From the IMG/VR virus record IMGVR_UViG_3300037493_003821, positions 1 through 58,277 of that record: a DNA stretch of 58,277 nucleotides. One strand, 5' to 3'. Source of the stretch: a virus (taxonomy: Duplodnaviria; Caudoviricetes). This document shows positions 29,149 to 36,917 of this stretch, piece after piece. Position 1 is the stretch's first letter. Each line of letters opens with the position of its first letter. The notes beneath the pieces are model-generated. The model was not told where the DNA came from. It made no database searches and was given only the letters and a program-made list of their open reading frames with translations. Both the position numbers and the translations under genes were made by a program.

Positions 29149-29643
29149 TTAAAGGTTAAAAAGTTCTGTCTTGGTTAATGTTTCGATAGTGTCTCGAAGC
29201 ACGGAAAGATCGGTTTTGTCGTTGTCGAGCATGGCAAAAACCTGCGCGGCGTCTGCGGTTTCGCCGTCTGCGTGCAATGCTTCGGCGCGTTCTTCTTCCT
29301 CGGTGATCTCTTCCTCCAAGGTTTCCGCCTCACTCTCTAAGTCGCTGACGAATTGATCCCGTGCTGCTTCGGCCTCGCGGGTGTCGTATGTCTCGCCGTC
29401 GATCTCTGTCCAGTCCATCGCATCGGCGTGATCGTTCACTCCGCAGCGGAAAGCCGTCGGGTCAAGCTCCTGCCAGATGCGCGAGGGCATAAAGGTCAAT
29501 CCGGCAACATTAACTCCGCCGGATTCGTCGAGCGATTCCGCGAAAGCGGTTTCTCGGTCTATCGTTTTGCACTCGTCGGCGATGTGCTGGATGAGTGCCT
29601 TTGTGGTTTCTTCTATGGTTCTGATCGGTGTCGTTGTTTGCAT
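29149..29643 (-). CDS. Acidic early protein (MQTTTPIRT)
   Basis: ATG 29643 after a CA-rich leader; PSRIWQELDPTAFRCG; strongly acidic C-terminus. Confidence 0.6.
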   Translation of the reverse strand: MQTTTPIRTIEETTKALIQHIADECKTIDRETAFAESLDESGGVNVAGLTFMPSRIWQELDPTAFRCGVNDHADAMDWTEIDGETYDTREAEAARDQFVSDLESEAETLEEEITEEEERAEALHADGETADAAQVFAMLDNDKTDLSVLRDTIETLTKTELFNL

Positions 29644-29684
29644 TGTGTTTTTGTGGTGTTTGGTTTGTTGTTGTTGTGCTGGGG

Positions 29685-29816
29685 TTAAAGGGACGCGGCG
29701 AATATGGCGGCCATGGTCAAGAGGGTGATCGTGATGATCGCCCGGTGGATCGCCTGTGCGCGGCGATACTGGGCGAGGTTGTGACGGATGCGGGGCGCGG
29801 TGGTGATGGGTCTCAT
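29685..29816 (-). CDS. Small single-TM protein, 43 aa
   Basis: MRPITTAPRIRHNLAQYRRAQAIHRAIITITLLTMAAIFAASL; ATGA-coupled. Confidence 0.55.
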   Translation of the reverse strand: MRPITTAPRIRHNLAQYRRAQAIHRAIITITLLTMAAIFAASL

Positions 29817-30148
29817 GCTTCCGATCCTTCCTCGGTTGCGTTCCAGCCTGTTTCCCATTGTGCCGGGGCTGCGCAGCATTGCTGTGCCGCATCTTGTCCT
29901 AGATACGACTGGCCGCATTCCCGGCATTCCCACGCTTCGAGGGCGTGGTGGTGTCGTCCGGTGCTTGCGCTGTAAACGTCGGAAACTACGGAGACCGGGT
30001 CGTTGGTGCTTCCCATACGCTCGGCGCGCTTGGCAAGGGTCAATGCGGACGCGCCTCCGTGGATCGTGTTTGCGCGTGCAAGTGCTGCGAAGTGGGCGCG
30101 TGTGCGCTCGTCGCGGTTGGTTAATGTGTTGTAGTGTGCTGCTTTCAT
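29813..30148 (-). CDS. Early hypothetical protein with Cys motif
   Basis: WECRECG...AQQCC. Confidence 0.55.
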   Translation of the reverse strand: MKAAHYNTLTNRDERTRAHFAALARANTIHGGASALTLAKRAERMGSTNDPVSVVSDVYSASTGRHHHALEAWECRECGQSYLGQDAAQQCCAAPAQWETGWNATEEGSEA

Positions 30149-30161
30149 GTGGTGCGGTGGT

Positions 30162-30518
30162 TTAGTTGTTGAGAATTGCGCGGGCCGTGGCGCGGAGTGC
30201 CTCGGTGTCGCGGTTTAACTTGCGACGTTGATCTTCGGTTGCTGCGGTTGCTGCTGCTGTGATCTGTTTCGCTTCGCGCATCGCTTGCGCCTTGATCTGT
30301 TCGGCGTCGGCTTTCGCTCCTTCGCGGATTTGCTTCGCGTGCGCTGCTGCGTGTGCTGGAAGTGCATCGGGAAAGATGTCGCTGGTGATGCTTCGGATGA
30401 TGGAAGGGATCGCGTATTGTAGCCACTCGGCAAGATAACTGTTATCTGGCAGGGATTTCGAGAAAGCCAGCAATGCGCTGATCTCCTGGTCTTTTGTGGG
30501 TGCGGTTGTTGTGTGCAT
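30162..30518 (-). CDS. Early coiled-coil protein (MHTTTAP)
   Basis: ATG 30518 after a CA-rich leader; SYLAEWL then Ala-rich coil. Confidence 0.6.
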   Translation of the reverse strand: MHTTTAPTKDQEISALLAFSKSLPDNSYLAEWLQYAIPSIIRSITSDIFPDALPAHAAAHAKQIREGAKADAEQIKAQAMREAKQITAAATAATEDQRRKLNRDTEALRATARAILNN

Positions 30519-30543
30519 TTGTGGTGATGTGTTGGTTGTTGGT

Positions 30544-30753
30544 TTAGTCTTGAATGCCATTACTTCCGGCGTGCTCTTTGCGCGGTTCTCCCCAGTGCAT
30601 TAAAGTGACATCTTCACCGCCTGCGCGGCCATAGCCTGTTTTGGATTGCTTCACGTATTCGGAAAACTTGCAACTAGCCTGCATGAAGTTGTTGCCATCG
30701 TAAACTGTCCCGATGTTTCCGACGATAACTTGAAAAGCGGTTTCTTTTTTCAT
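30544..30753 (-). CDS. Early hypothetical protein
   Basis: QVIVGNIGTVY...GRAGGEDVTL; CA-rich leader. Confidence 0.6.
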   Translation of the reverse strand: MKKETAFQVIVGNIGTVYDGNNFMQASCKFSEYVKQSKTGYGRAGGEDVTLMHWGEPRKEHAGSNGIQD

Positions 30754-30773
30754 TTGGTGCGGTTGGTTGTTGG

Positions 30774-30995
30774 TTAAACTGCGAAATAAAGCTGACCGGA
30801 TTGCGTGACGCGCTGCTGCGCGATTAAGAGGGCCATCAGTTGCTGGAACTGGTTAAGGGTGCATCCTTTTGCCATCAGCGCGGAGTAAAGCACGCCTCCC
30901 GGTGCGCCTTGTGTGCCGGATACGGCAATAGATTCCACGATTGCGTCGAGAATTAGGGTTAAGGGGTTTGCGGGTTGTGCGGTTGTTGTGTGCAT
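30774..30995 (-). CDS. Early small wHTH-like protein (MHTTTAQ)
   Basis: GAPGGVLYSALM...TLNQFQ. Confidence 0.6.
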   Translation of the reverse strand: MHTTTAQPANPLTLILDAIVESIAVSGTQGAPGGVLYSALMAKGCTLNQFQQLMALLIAQQRVTQSGQLYFAV

Positions 30996-31025
30996 TGTGT
31001 GTGGTGTTGGTTTTGTGGTTATGGT

Positions 31026-31223
31026 TTAGAGTTCTGAGATGTCTGCGACTGCCGTGGAAACTGCGTGTGCCTTGGTTACGGCTTCGGCATAGCTGAAACA
31101 GGAAAAGCGGCGGGTCTTTCCGTTCATGTATTGCGCTACGTAGGTTTTGCGGGTGTCGGTTGCGCGGTAATCGAGTGAGCCGATTCCCGGCGTGGGTGCT
31201 GGTGCTGGTGCTGTGGTGGTCAT
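31026..31223 (-). CDS. Early hypothetical protein (MTTTAPAP)
   Basis: ATG 31223 after a CA-rich leader. Confidence 0.5.
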   Translation of the reverse strand: MTTTAPAPAPTPGIGSLDYRATDTRKTYVAQYMNGKTRRFSCFSYAEAVTKAHAVSTAVADISEL

Positions 31224-31243
31224 TGGTTTTTGGTGGTGTTTGG

Positions 31244-31357
31244 TTAGCGGTTGGCGAGTGAGTAGATGACGAGCACGACGGGCAACAGCGGCACAAGGCA
31301 AGCTAGTATCGTCAATGCGTCTGCTATTTTCTCGGCGGTGGTAGATTTGGCGTTCAT
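31244..31357 (-). CDS. Small single-TM protein, 37 aa (not in ORF track)
   Basis: MNAKSTTAEKIADALTILACLVPLLPVVLVIYSLANR; same leader as the 31223 gene. Confidence 0.55.
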   Translation of the reverse strand: MNAKSTTAEKIADALTILACLVPLLPVVLVIYSLANR

Positions 31358-31377
31358 TGGTTTTTGGTGGTTATGGT

Positions 31378-31656
31378 TTAGTGTTTGCGGGCGCGGCTTC
31401 CGTCTGGAATCTCGCTGTAAATTGGATCGTGCTTGTAGTTGATCTGGGTCATTCGAAATTCGTCGCGCTCCTTATCTGCTGCGCTTGTTAGGGAATTATA
31501 TTCCGCGAGGTCGCAAGCGTCATCTTCTGCGATTTGCTCTTTTGTGCGATTGTCTGGGCGTGCGTAAAGCGCGGCAATGTCGGCAAGCGTATTGTCCCAA
31601 GTGTATGTGGGCTGCATCGCGCTCGCTGCGGTGGTGGTGGTGGATGTGGTAATCAC
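31378..31656 (-). CDS. First gene of the early operon (GTG start, probably leaderless)
   Basis: GTG lies 7 nt after the -10 box. Confidence 0.55.
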   Translation of the reverse strand: MITTSTTTTAASAMQPTYTWDNTLADIAALYARPDNRTKEQIAEDDACDLAEYNSLTSAADKERDEFRMTQINYKHDPIYSEIPDGSRARKH

Positions 31657-31663
31657 GTTGGGG

Positions 31664-31693
31664 AAGCTACACGTTGCGCGGATTGCGTCAATA
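31664..31693 (-). promoter_or_regulatory. Early promoter
   Basis: TATTGACG-N16-TAGCTT on the minus strand. Confidence 0.55.
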
Positions 31694-31799
31694 CTTATTT
31701 CGCTTTTATGTTAAAATAGTTTATAACGGAATAGCGGAAACCGTGCCAAGTCCGAAAAAGAGATATGCGGGAACACTGATTATTCGGGTGCGCGTAGCT

Positions 31800-32645
31800 T
31801 CGGCTTCTGTGGGTGCTGGTGCTGGTGCTGGTGCTGGTACTGCCGTTGTCGTTGTCGTTGTCGTTGTCGTGTCGAGCTTGTCCAGCATCTGCGCGTGCCG
31901 TGTTGTCGTGCTGCCGGGTGATCGTGGTTCGGTGGGTGCGGTGCTGGCCTTGTCCGGTGCTGCCGGGGTGCTGTGCTGCCGGGTGGCGCGGTTGTCCGGC
32001 GTTGTCGTGCTGATGTGCTGCCGCGCTGCCGGGTGGCGTGGATGCCGTTTTGGCGGGTGGCGTGTTGCGTCAAATGGCATTTCCGGCGATGCCCTGTTTC
32101 CGCCTTTGTCGGGCAAAGTGCTTCCGCTATTTCGTAAACCGTTCTGCTCCTCTGTTCCTGCTGGCCTGCTGCGGGTGCAGGTGCTGGTGCTGCGTCTTTT
32201 GGGTAATCCTGCTGCCGTGCTCCCGTGCTCCCGTGCTGCCGTGCTGCGCGGTGTCCGGTGTCCGGTGTCCGGTGTCGAGAGTGCTCGGTGGATCGCTGGT
32301 CGCGTTCTGCTCTGCTCCTGCGCTGCCGTGTAGCTCGGTGGTCGAGTGCTGCTCTGCTCCTGCGCTGCCGTGTAGCTCGGCCAAACAATCCCTTGCCCAG
32401 GAGCAACAGGCGATCCACGGTGGCAGGGGAGGGCGGTCGCTGGGGATGCGGTTCCGTTGGAACACCCGCGCAGATTTTACCTCTGAAACCGTTTTCAGCT
32501 GGATGCTGTTCACCCCTACATCCCTGCTGCTCGTTTGAACTGTGACTACTGTTCACTGTTCGGCTGCAACCCTGCAACCACGACAACCCTGCTACCCGAT
32601 ACCCCGACAACGCTGCACCCCCTGCTACCCGACAACCCTGCATCC
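31800..32645. repeat. Non-coding region of short tandem repeats (candidate genome end / packaging or origin region)
   Basis: (GGTGCT)n, (GTTGTC)n, (CCGGTGT)n, exact 32-bp repeat at 32307-32338 and 32349-32380, degenerate 8-mer array at 32564-32645. Confidence 0.75.
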
Positions 32646-32838
32646 GTTGTTACGGCTTATATCGGGGTGAAGTGCAGAAGGTGATCCACGGCAACGCTGT
32701 ATCCCTATTCCCCGATATAGCCATGATCCGCTTCGCGTTTATGATCTACACGCGAGGCAATCTGGAAACTTGAAACGTGTCAAGGATATATTTGGATTAC
32801 AGAGGAAAATAGATCAGGTGGTTAGGGTTCCTGATTAT

Positions 32839-33438
32839 TTAGGTGACTGTATTATTAACGGATGAGAGTAAGTCGTATTCCACCTGATTTCCCCATGCTG
32901 TCCAGTTGGGTCTTTGCAGTCGTGCGAATAGCTCTACTCGCTCCATGCCTGATGTGACTGATTCGATGATTTCGTGCATCTTGTCGGGTTTCGCGCTATG
33001 CCTGCCGACTTTGTTTCGGATGAGGTTTTTGACGGGAGAGCGAAAGGCTTTAACGTCACCCCTGATTCCGAGAAGGCAATGCTCGGTTACTCCGCGAAAC
33101 CAATAGCCCATGCCGCTGCCGTTTTCCTTTTCCCAAGTGAGAAGGGTTTTATACTTATACCCCCATGCCTTCATCACGGCAAACGCATCTGGAAGGAGTG
33201 GGTTTGTGGCCCAAAGGAATAACACGGCACTTTCTTCGCTGATTTCCTGCACAGGCATAGCCGCAATTTGCTCTGCCGTCATAGTGTTGTAGTAGTGGGT
33301 GACGCTACCCGGATGCTCGCCTCTGGATATACAGGGTCGCGGGGGTTCTGTCGGTTGCTTGCAGTCATACGCCCAAGGTGGATCAGCTAGGATGCAGTCG
33401 AACTTCCTGCCGTCTAGATCGTGGAATGGGCTATTCAA
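32839..33438 (-). CDS. MT-A70 family adenine methyltransferase
   Basis: ILADPPW, LFLWAT, AWGY, TEHCLLG, HSAKP, ELFAR, WGNQ; likely TTG start at 33438. Confidence 0.9.
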   Translation of the reverse strand: MNSPFHDLDGRKFDCILADPPWAYDCKQPTEPPRPCISRGEHPGSVTHYYNTMTAEQIAAMPVQEISEESAVLFLWATNPLLPDAFAVMKAWGYKYKTLLTWEKENGSGMGYWFRGVTEHCLLGIRGDVKAFRSPVKNLIRNKVGRHSAKPDKMHEIIESVTSGMERVELFARLQRPNWTAWGNQVEYDLLSSVNNTVT

Positions 33439-33634
33439 GGAAGTTGAGTAATGGGGTTTTGCCTTTTTCGAGTTCCCGGCAAGCTGCGCAGATTTTGCGG
33501 TGGTCGAGTAGCAGGGAGTCCCGTTCAAGGGATGCGGCGATGAGTTGGAGTTCAAGGGTCTTGGCGAACTGGATGAAGTCGGCCTTGGACTTGAGGGTGG
33601 ATATGGCGTTATTGGTTAGCGGGGTTGCGTTCAT
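33431..33634 (-). CDS. Hypothetical protein (TPLT...FAKTLE type)
   Basis: Coupled ORF. Confidence 0.55.
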   Translation of the reverse strand: MNATPLTNNAISTLKSKADFIQFAKTLELQLIAASLERDSLLLDHRKICAACRELEKGKTPLLNFLE

Positions 33635-33873
33635 ATCGTTTGTTGGATTTTAAGGCACAGGGCATCGAGCTTGCGCCGTAGGTCTTGGTTGATTTGAAAC
33701 TGCTCCTTGTCGTCCTCGTCTGCGATTTCAAGGAACAGGGAGTGGCAGGATTGCAGGAGATCGGATAACGTGGTGTCGGTTATCCGTTCGATTGCGGCTG
33801 CTACCTGATTGCAGTTGTCGGAACCAGCGGCTCCGAGTTTGGCGGCTTGGATGATGAGTTCTAGGTCAGTCAT
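33631..33873 (-). CDS. Hypothetical protein
   Basis: Coupled ORF. Confidence 0.55.
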   Translation of the reverse strand: MTDLELIIQAAKLGAAGSDNCNQVAAAIERITDTTLSDLLQSCHSLFLEIADEDDKEQFQINQDLRRKLDALCLKIQQTI

Positions 33874-33932
33874 TTGCCCTCCTTTGCGAGTTCGGCGTCT
33901 ATGGCGTTATCGGTTAGCGGTGTTGCGCTCAT
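33870..33932 (-). CDS. 20-aa mini-ORF MSATPLTDNAIDAELAKEGK
   Basis: ATGA-coupled at both ends; its start duplicates that of 33431..33634. Confidence 0.45.
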   Translation of the reverse strand: MSATPLTDNAIDAELAKEGK

Positions 33933-34291
33933 AAACCAGCCTCATCTTCTTTAATAATCAAACCTTGCTCTACGTAGTGGGCGAGTTCTGCTTTCAGCGC
34001 ATCCCTCTCTGCCATGAGTTGCGTTTCGCGCTCTATCCATGCTTCATCGGCTTTTTTTTCGCCGCGCTGCTCGGCATCCGTGATGAGCTTGTGCTGGTTG
34101 GCGATGGTGGCGGTTGCTAGGGATAGCTGCCGCTCCATTTCCACAGCAAAAGTGCAGAGGTCGGCTCTCAGAACATCCCGCTCGGCGGTGACGGCGGAAA
34201 GCTCGCGTTCAAGTTGGCGCGATAGCTCGAATAGGGCGTCACTCCTATATCGCAGGCTGTCCATTGCATCTGTTCGCGGTGTATCGCTCAC
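33929..34291 (-). CDS. Coiled-coil phage protein (MSDTPRTD...RQLEREL type)
   Basis: Characteristic N-terminus; coupled. Confidence 0.6.
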   Translation of the reverse strand: MSDTPRTDAMDSLRYRSDALFELSRQLERELSAVTAERDVLRADLCTFAVEMERQLSLATATIANQHKLITDAEQRGEKKADEAWIERETQLMAERDALKAELAHYVEQGLIIKEDEAGL

Positions 34292-34620
34292 AGCTCAACT
34301 CCTTTCACTTCCGCGAGTGCGCGGGTTCTCGCCCGCCATGTGGCGGTGATTATGCCAAGCGTAAGCTCGCCTCGGTATCCAAACATCGGATCAACAATGC
34401 GAGCCAAGGCGTCGAGGTAATCATGGCTTTCTTCCACCGTCAGCCCCGCCTCCACATACGAGCAGATGTAGAGTAGTTCGGTGTCGAGGACGCGAACGAA
34501 TAGGTGTGAATCTTGGCTGTAATTATGTGACCAGCAAAGCTCTCCGCTGTGGGAGAAATGCACCGTCTCCGGCAGCATCTTGGCGAGGATGGATTTTAGT
34601 TGGTCGTCGGTGATGATCAT
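34288..34620 (-). CDS. Hypothetical protein
   Basis: Coupled ORF; ATWRARTRAL C-terminus. Confidence 0.55.
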   Translation of the reverse strand: MIITDDQLKSILAKMLPETVHFSHSGELCWSHNYSQDSHLFVRVLDTELLYICSYVEAGLTVEESHDYLDALARIVDPMFGYRGELTLGIITATWRARTRALAEVKGVEL

Positions 34621-34847
34621 AGGTTTTTGTCGAGTAGTGCGAGAATTGCGAACCAGTTTTCCTTGGTCTTGAAGTAGATTTCCATCGTTGTATCAACGAG
34701 GTAGATGTCTATGCCGAACAAAAGGGTATCATCTTTGTAGGCGTAGTAGCCCTTGAAATCTATCTGGTTGAACGTGAACATTACGTAGCCGTCTACATAG
34801 ACCTTCACCCTGCCGTTGTAGATTTTGAAGTCGTAGGTGTGGCTCAC
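34617..34847 (-). CDS. Hypothetical protein
   Basis: Coupled ORF, aromatic-rich. Confidence 0.55.
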   Translation of the reverse strand: MSHTYDFKIYNGRVKVYVDGYVMFTFNQIDFKGYYAYKDDTLLFGIDIYLVDTTMEIYFKTKENWFAILALLDKNL

Positions 34848-35035
34848 GGCTGTTGTGTTTTGGATTTTGCCTGCAACTTCGCCTCACGCATTTGCACCCG
34901 TTGCGCCCGGCGACCCTCCTGCATCTTGGCGACCCATACGAGCCGTTGTTCCTTGGTCATACCGCGCCAACGGATTTTCCCTCCATCGGAGTATGCTTTG
35001 ACTTTCCAGACGAGTTTGCAGCGAGGACATTTCAT
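34844..35035 (-). CDS. Small basic protein (MKCPRC...GGKIRW...TKEQR)
   Basis: ATG 35035 downstream of TTGACC-N17-TATTAC on the minus strand. Confidence 0.55.
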   Translation of the reverse strand: MKCPRCKLVWKVKAYSDGGKIRWRGMTKEQRLVWVAKMQEGRRAQRVQMREAKLQAKSKTQQP

Positions 35036-35047
35036 AAGTGGACGTAG

Positions 35048-35129
35048 GTAATATGATACTTTGCTAGTAAGGTCAAGAAGATTTATTGAAAAAAGATTTG
35101 ACGGATGAAACGGGCATGGCAGTATCCGT
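35048..35129. promoter_or_regulatory. Divergent promoter pair
   Basis: TTGACC (-) at 35071-35076; TTGACG (+) at 35098-35103 overlapped by the ACGGAT/ATCCGT inverted repeat. Confidence 0.45.
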
Positions 35130-35137
35130 GCAGATCG

Positions 35138-35725
35138 CAAGCCGGAATCAGCGGAGCGAGCAAAGAACTGATGCCTTGGGTAACTAAGGCTAAATACAGT
35201 TGAAACCCAAACCGCTGATTCCGGTTTGGGTTTCGTTTTTTACGGGACTCATCTGCAATCCCGTGAACCTCTGTCACGTTAGCGCAGGGGCGTGAAAAAG
35301 CGTTACCCGCAGCCCTGCAACATGGTGAAGGCGGCAATTCGCTAACAGGCCCGATATGCAGCAAGCTCTATCGGTTAAAGAGTCACGAAGGCTCTGAGTC
35401 CTGTATTGTGCGGCAAACCAAGAGCCGCGCCGTCCGTAACAACGAGTTGGCGCAGGGTAGCGATTGACCGCTGGCCTACCTACGGGTTGTCACAAACGGC
35501 CTTGCGTCTTACCACCGAGACGCCCGCACAATACAGCATTTGGAGTTGTCGCGTGAGAGTCTGTCAGTTGCCGACGCACGGCAAGGAGGGCGAAGCCAAA
35601 AGAATACCTGCTCCTGATACTGACTATCCCGAAAGGGATGATGACGGAAACTGCTGGTGATACCATTATACGGATTATCCTGCTACCGACATAGCCTGCC
35701 CCGTAACAGGGCTTGCTATGTCCGT
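35138..35725 (+). ncRNA. Putative large structured non-coding RNA
   Basis: No credible ORF; many stems, a 13-bp long-range helix, GNRA loops. Confidence 0.5.
35202..35241 (+). terminator. Intrinsic terminator with a competing antiterminator
   Basis: GAAACCCAAACCG / CGGTTTGGGTTTC 13-bp stem followed by GTTTTTT. Confidence 0.75.
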
Positions 35726-35876
35726 GTGCTGCGGTTCCTCCATTACCGGATCACCCTTCTACATCGGATACACCTGCTGCCCTGCAACCCTATAACCCTA
35801 CAACCCCTGATCCATTTCACCCCGATAAATGCTATTGACGTAATCGTTAAACCCCGTAAAAGGTTAACTCACGTAT

Positions 35877-36035
35877 ATGGGATTACCGTTTGACATCTTG
35901 ACCGGGGAATTGACTGATGAGCAGTTGAATGAACTGGCTGACGAGCAGATTCGGCGTGAGCGCGAGGATCGGTTTCTTGCTGCATTGGAGCAGGAGCGTG
36001 AAGCGCAATCTGCTGAACCTGTGTTCTCGATTTAA
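35877..36035 (+). CDS. Small acidic protein, 52 aa (not in ORF track)
   Basis: MGLPFDILTGELTDEQLNELADEQ...; follows TATTGACG at 35833. Confidence 0.5.
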   Translation: MGLPFDILTGELTDEQLNELADEQIRREREDRFLAALEQEREAQSAEPVFSI

Positions 36036-36038
36036 CGT

Positions 36039-36917
36039 ATGCCGTCACTTGCTGAAACGCAGGCGAAGGACAGCATCGGGCTTCCCCGATTCGAGGAACA
36101 GCGATGCGGGGCAATGGTGAATCATGTCAGAAAGAATCGGCTGCTGGAATCGGAACCGCCCGACTGCACGGGATGCGGTATCGTGATAGCTGGTGGAGGG
36201 AAGTATCTGTCATGGAGTTGGGTGTTATGCCGGAGACTACGGGAATTGGGGTGCGAGTTGCCGATACAGGTGTGGCACATAGGCGAGAAGGAGATGCCAG
36301 CATGGGCCGCAAAAAGTTTTGCAGAGATGGGGGTAGAAACGGTCAATGTGTTTCACGTTTTAAAGAAGCATCCGGTTCGGCAGATGAGCGGGTGGGTGTT
36401 GAAGAATTACGCTGTCACGCATAGCCCTTGGCGTCATGTCATGTTCATAGATGCTGACTGCTTTCCTGTGGTAAAGCCGGAAACGATATTCAAGTTGTGC
36501 GAGGGCAAGACGTTATTCTTCAATGATGTGAAGCCGTGTCATCCGAGTCGCTGGGGATACACCTATTGCGGGTTAGCTCCGGAAATCGAGTGGGAAACCG
36601 GGCAATACGTGGTGGACAAGGTTGAAGGGTGGATGGGGTTGCGGTGGACGGGCTGGTTGAACGAGCATACGGATTGCTGGTTTAACATGGTGCATGGCGA
36701 CAAAGGAACTTTCGAGTTGGGGTTTCGGATGAGCGGGGTTCCGTTGCTAATGGGGGATGCGCCGAAGTGGGGTGGATTCGGCATCGCGCATAGCTACAAA
36801 GGGGTTGCTGTTTTCGAGCATTGCATGGCTACGAAGCGTGGCGAGTTTCCGATGTTCCCGTGGTTGAAGAATCTGTTTAAGGAATGGGATGCGGTGAGTC
36901 TAGGGAAGCAGAAATAG
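36039..36917 (+). CDS. GT71 / Mannosyl_trans3 (MNN-like) glycosyltransferase
   Basis: GIVIAGG, LPIQVWH, K.YAV..S, FIDAD, ETGQYVVDK, HGDKGTF. Confidence 0.8.
   Translation: MPSLAETQAKDSIGLPRFEEQRCGAMVNHVRKNRLLESEPPDCTGCGIVIAGGGKYLSWSWVLCRRLRELGCELPIQVWHIGEKEMPAWAAKSFAEMGVETVNVFHVLKKHPVRQMSGWVLKNYAVTHSPWRHVMFIDADCFPVVKPETIFKLCEGKTLFFNDVKPCHPSRWGYTYCGLAPEIEWETGQYVVDKVEGWMGLRWTGWLNEHTDCWFNMVHGDKGTFELGFRMSGVPLLMGDAPKWGGFGIAHSYKGVAVFEHCMATKRGEFPMFPWLKNLFKEWDAVSLGKQK

Noticed and set aside
32307-32380. 32-bp direct repeat as a mini-CRISPR array
   Set aside because: Only two copies with a 10-nt spacer, inside low-complexity DNA, and no cas genes
31674-32643. Long ORFs (219, 287, 166, 131 aa) in the repeat field
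   Set aside because: Translations are simple-repeat products open in several frames on both strands because stops are compositionally rare
35166-35206. Hammerhead ribozyme (CTGATG...GAAAC)
   Set aside because: The core reads CUGAUGC rather than CUGANGA, and GAAA does not directly follow the stem
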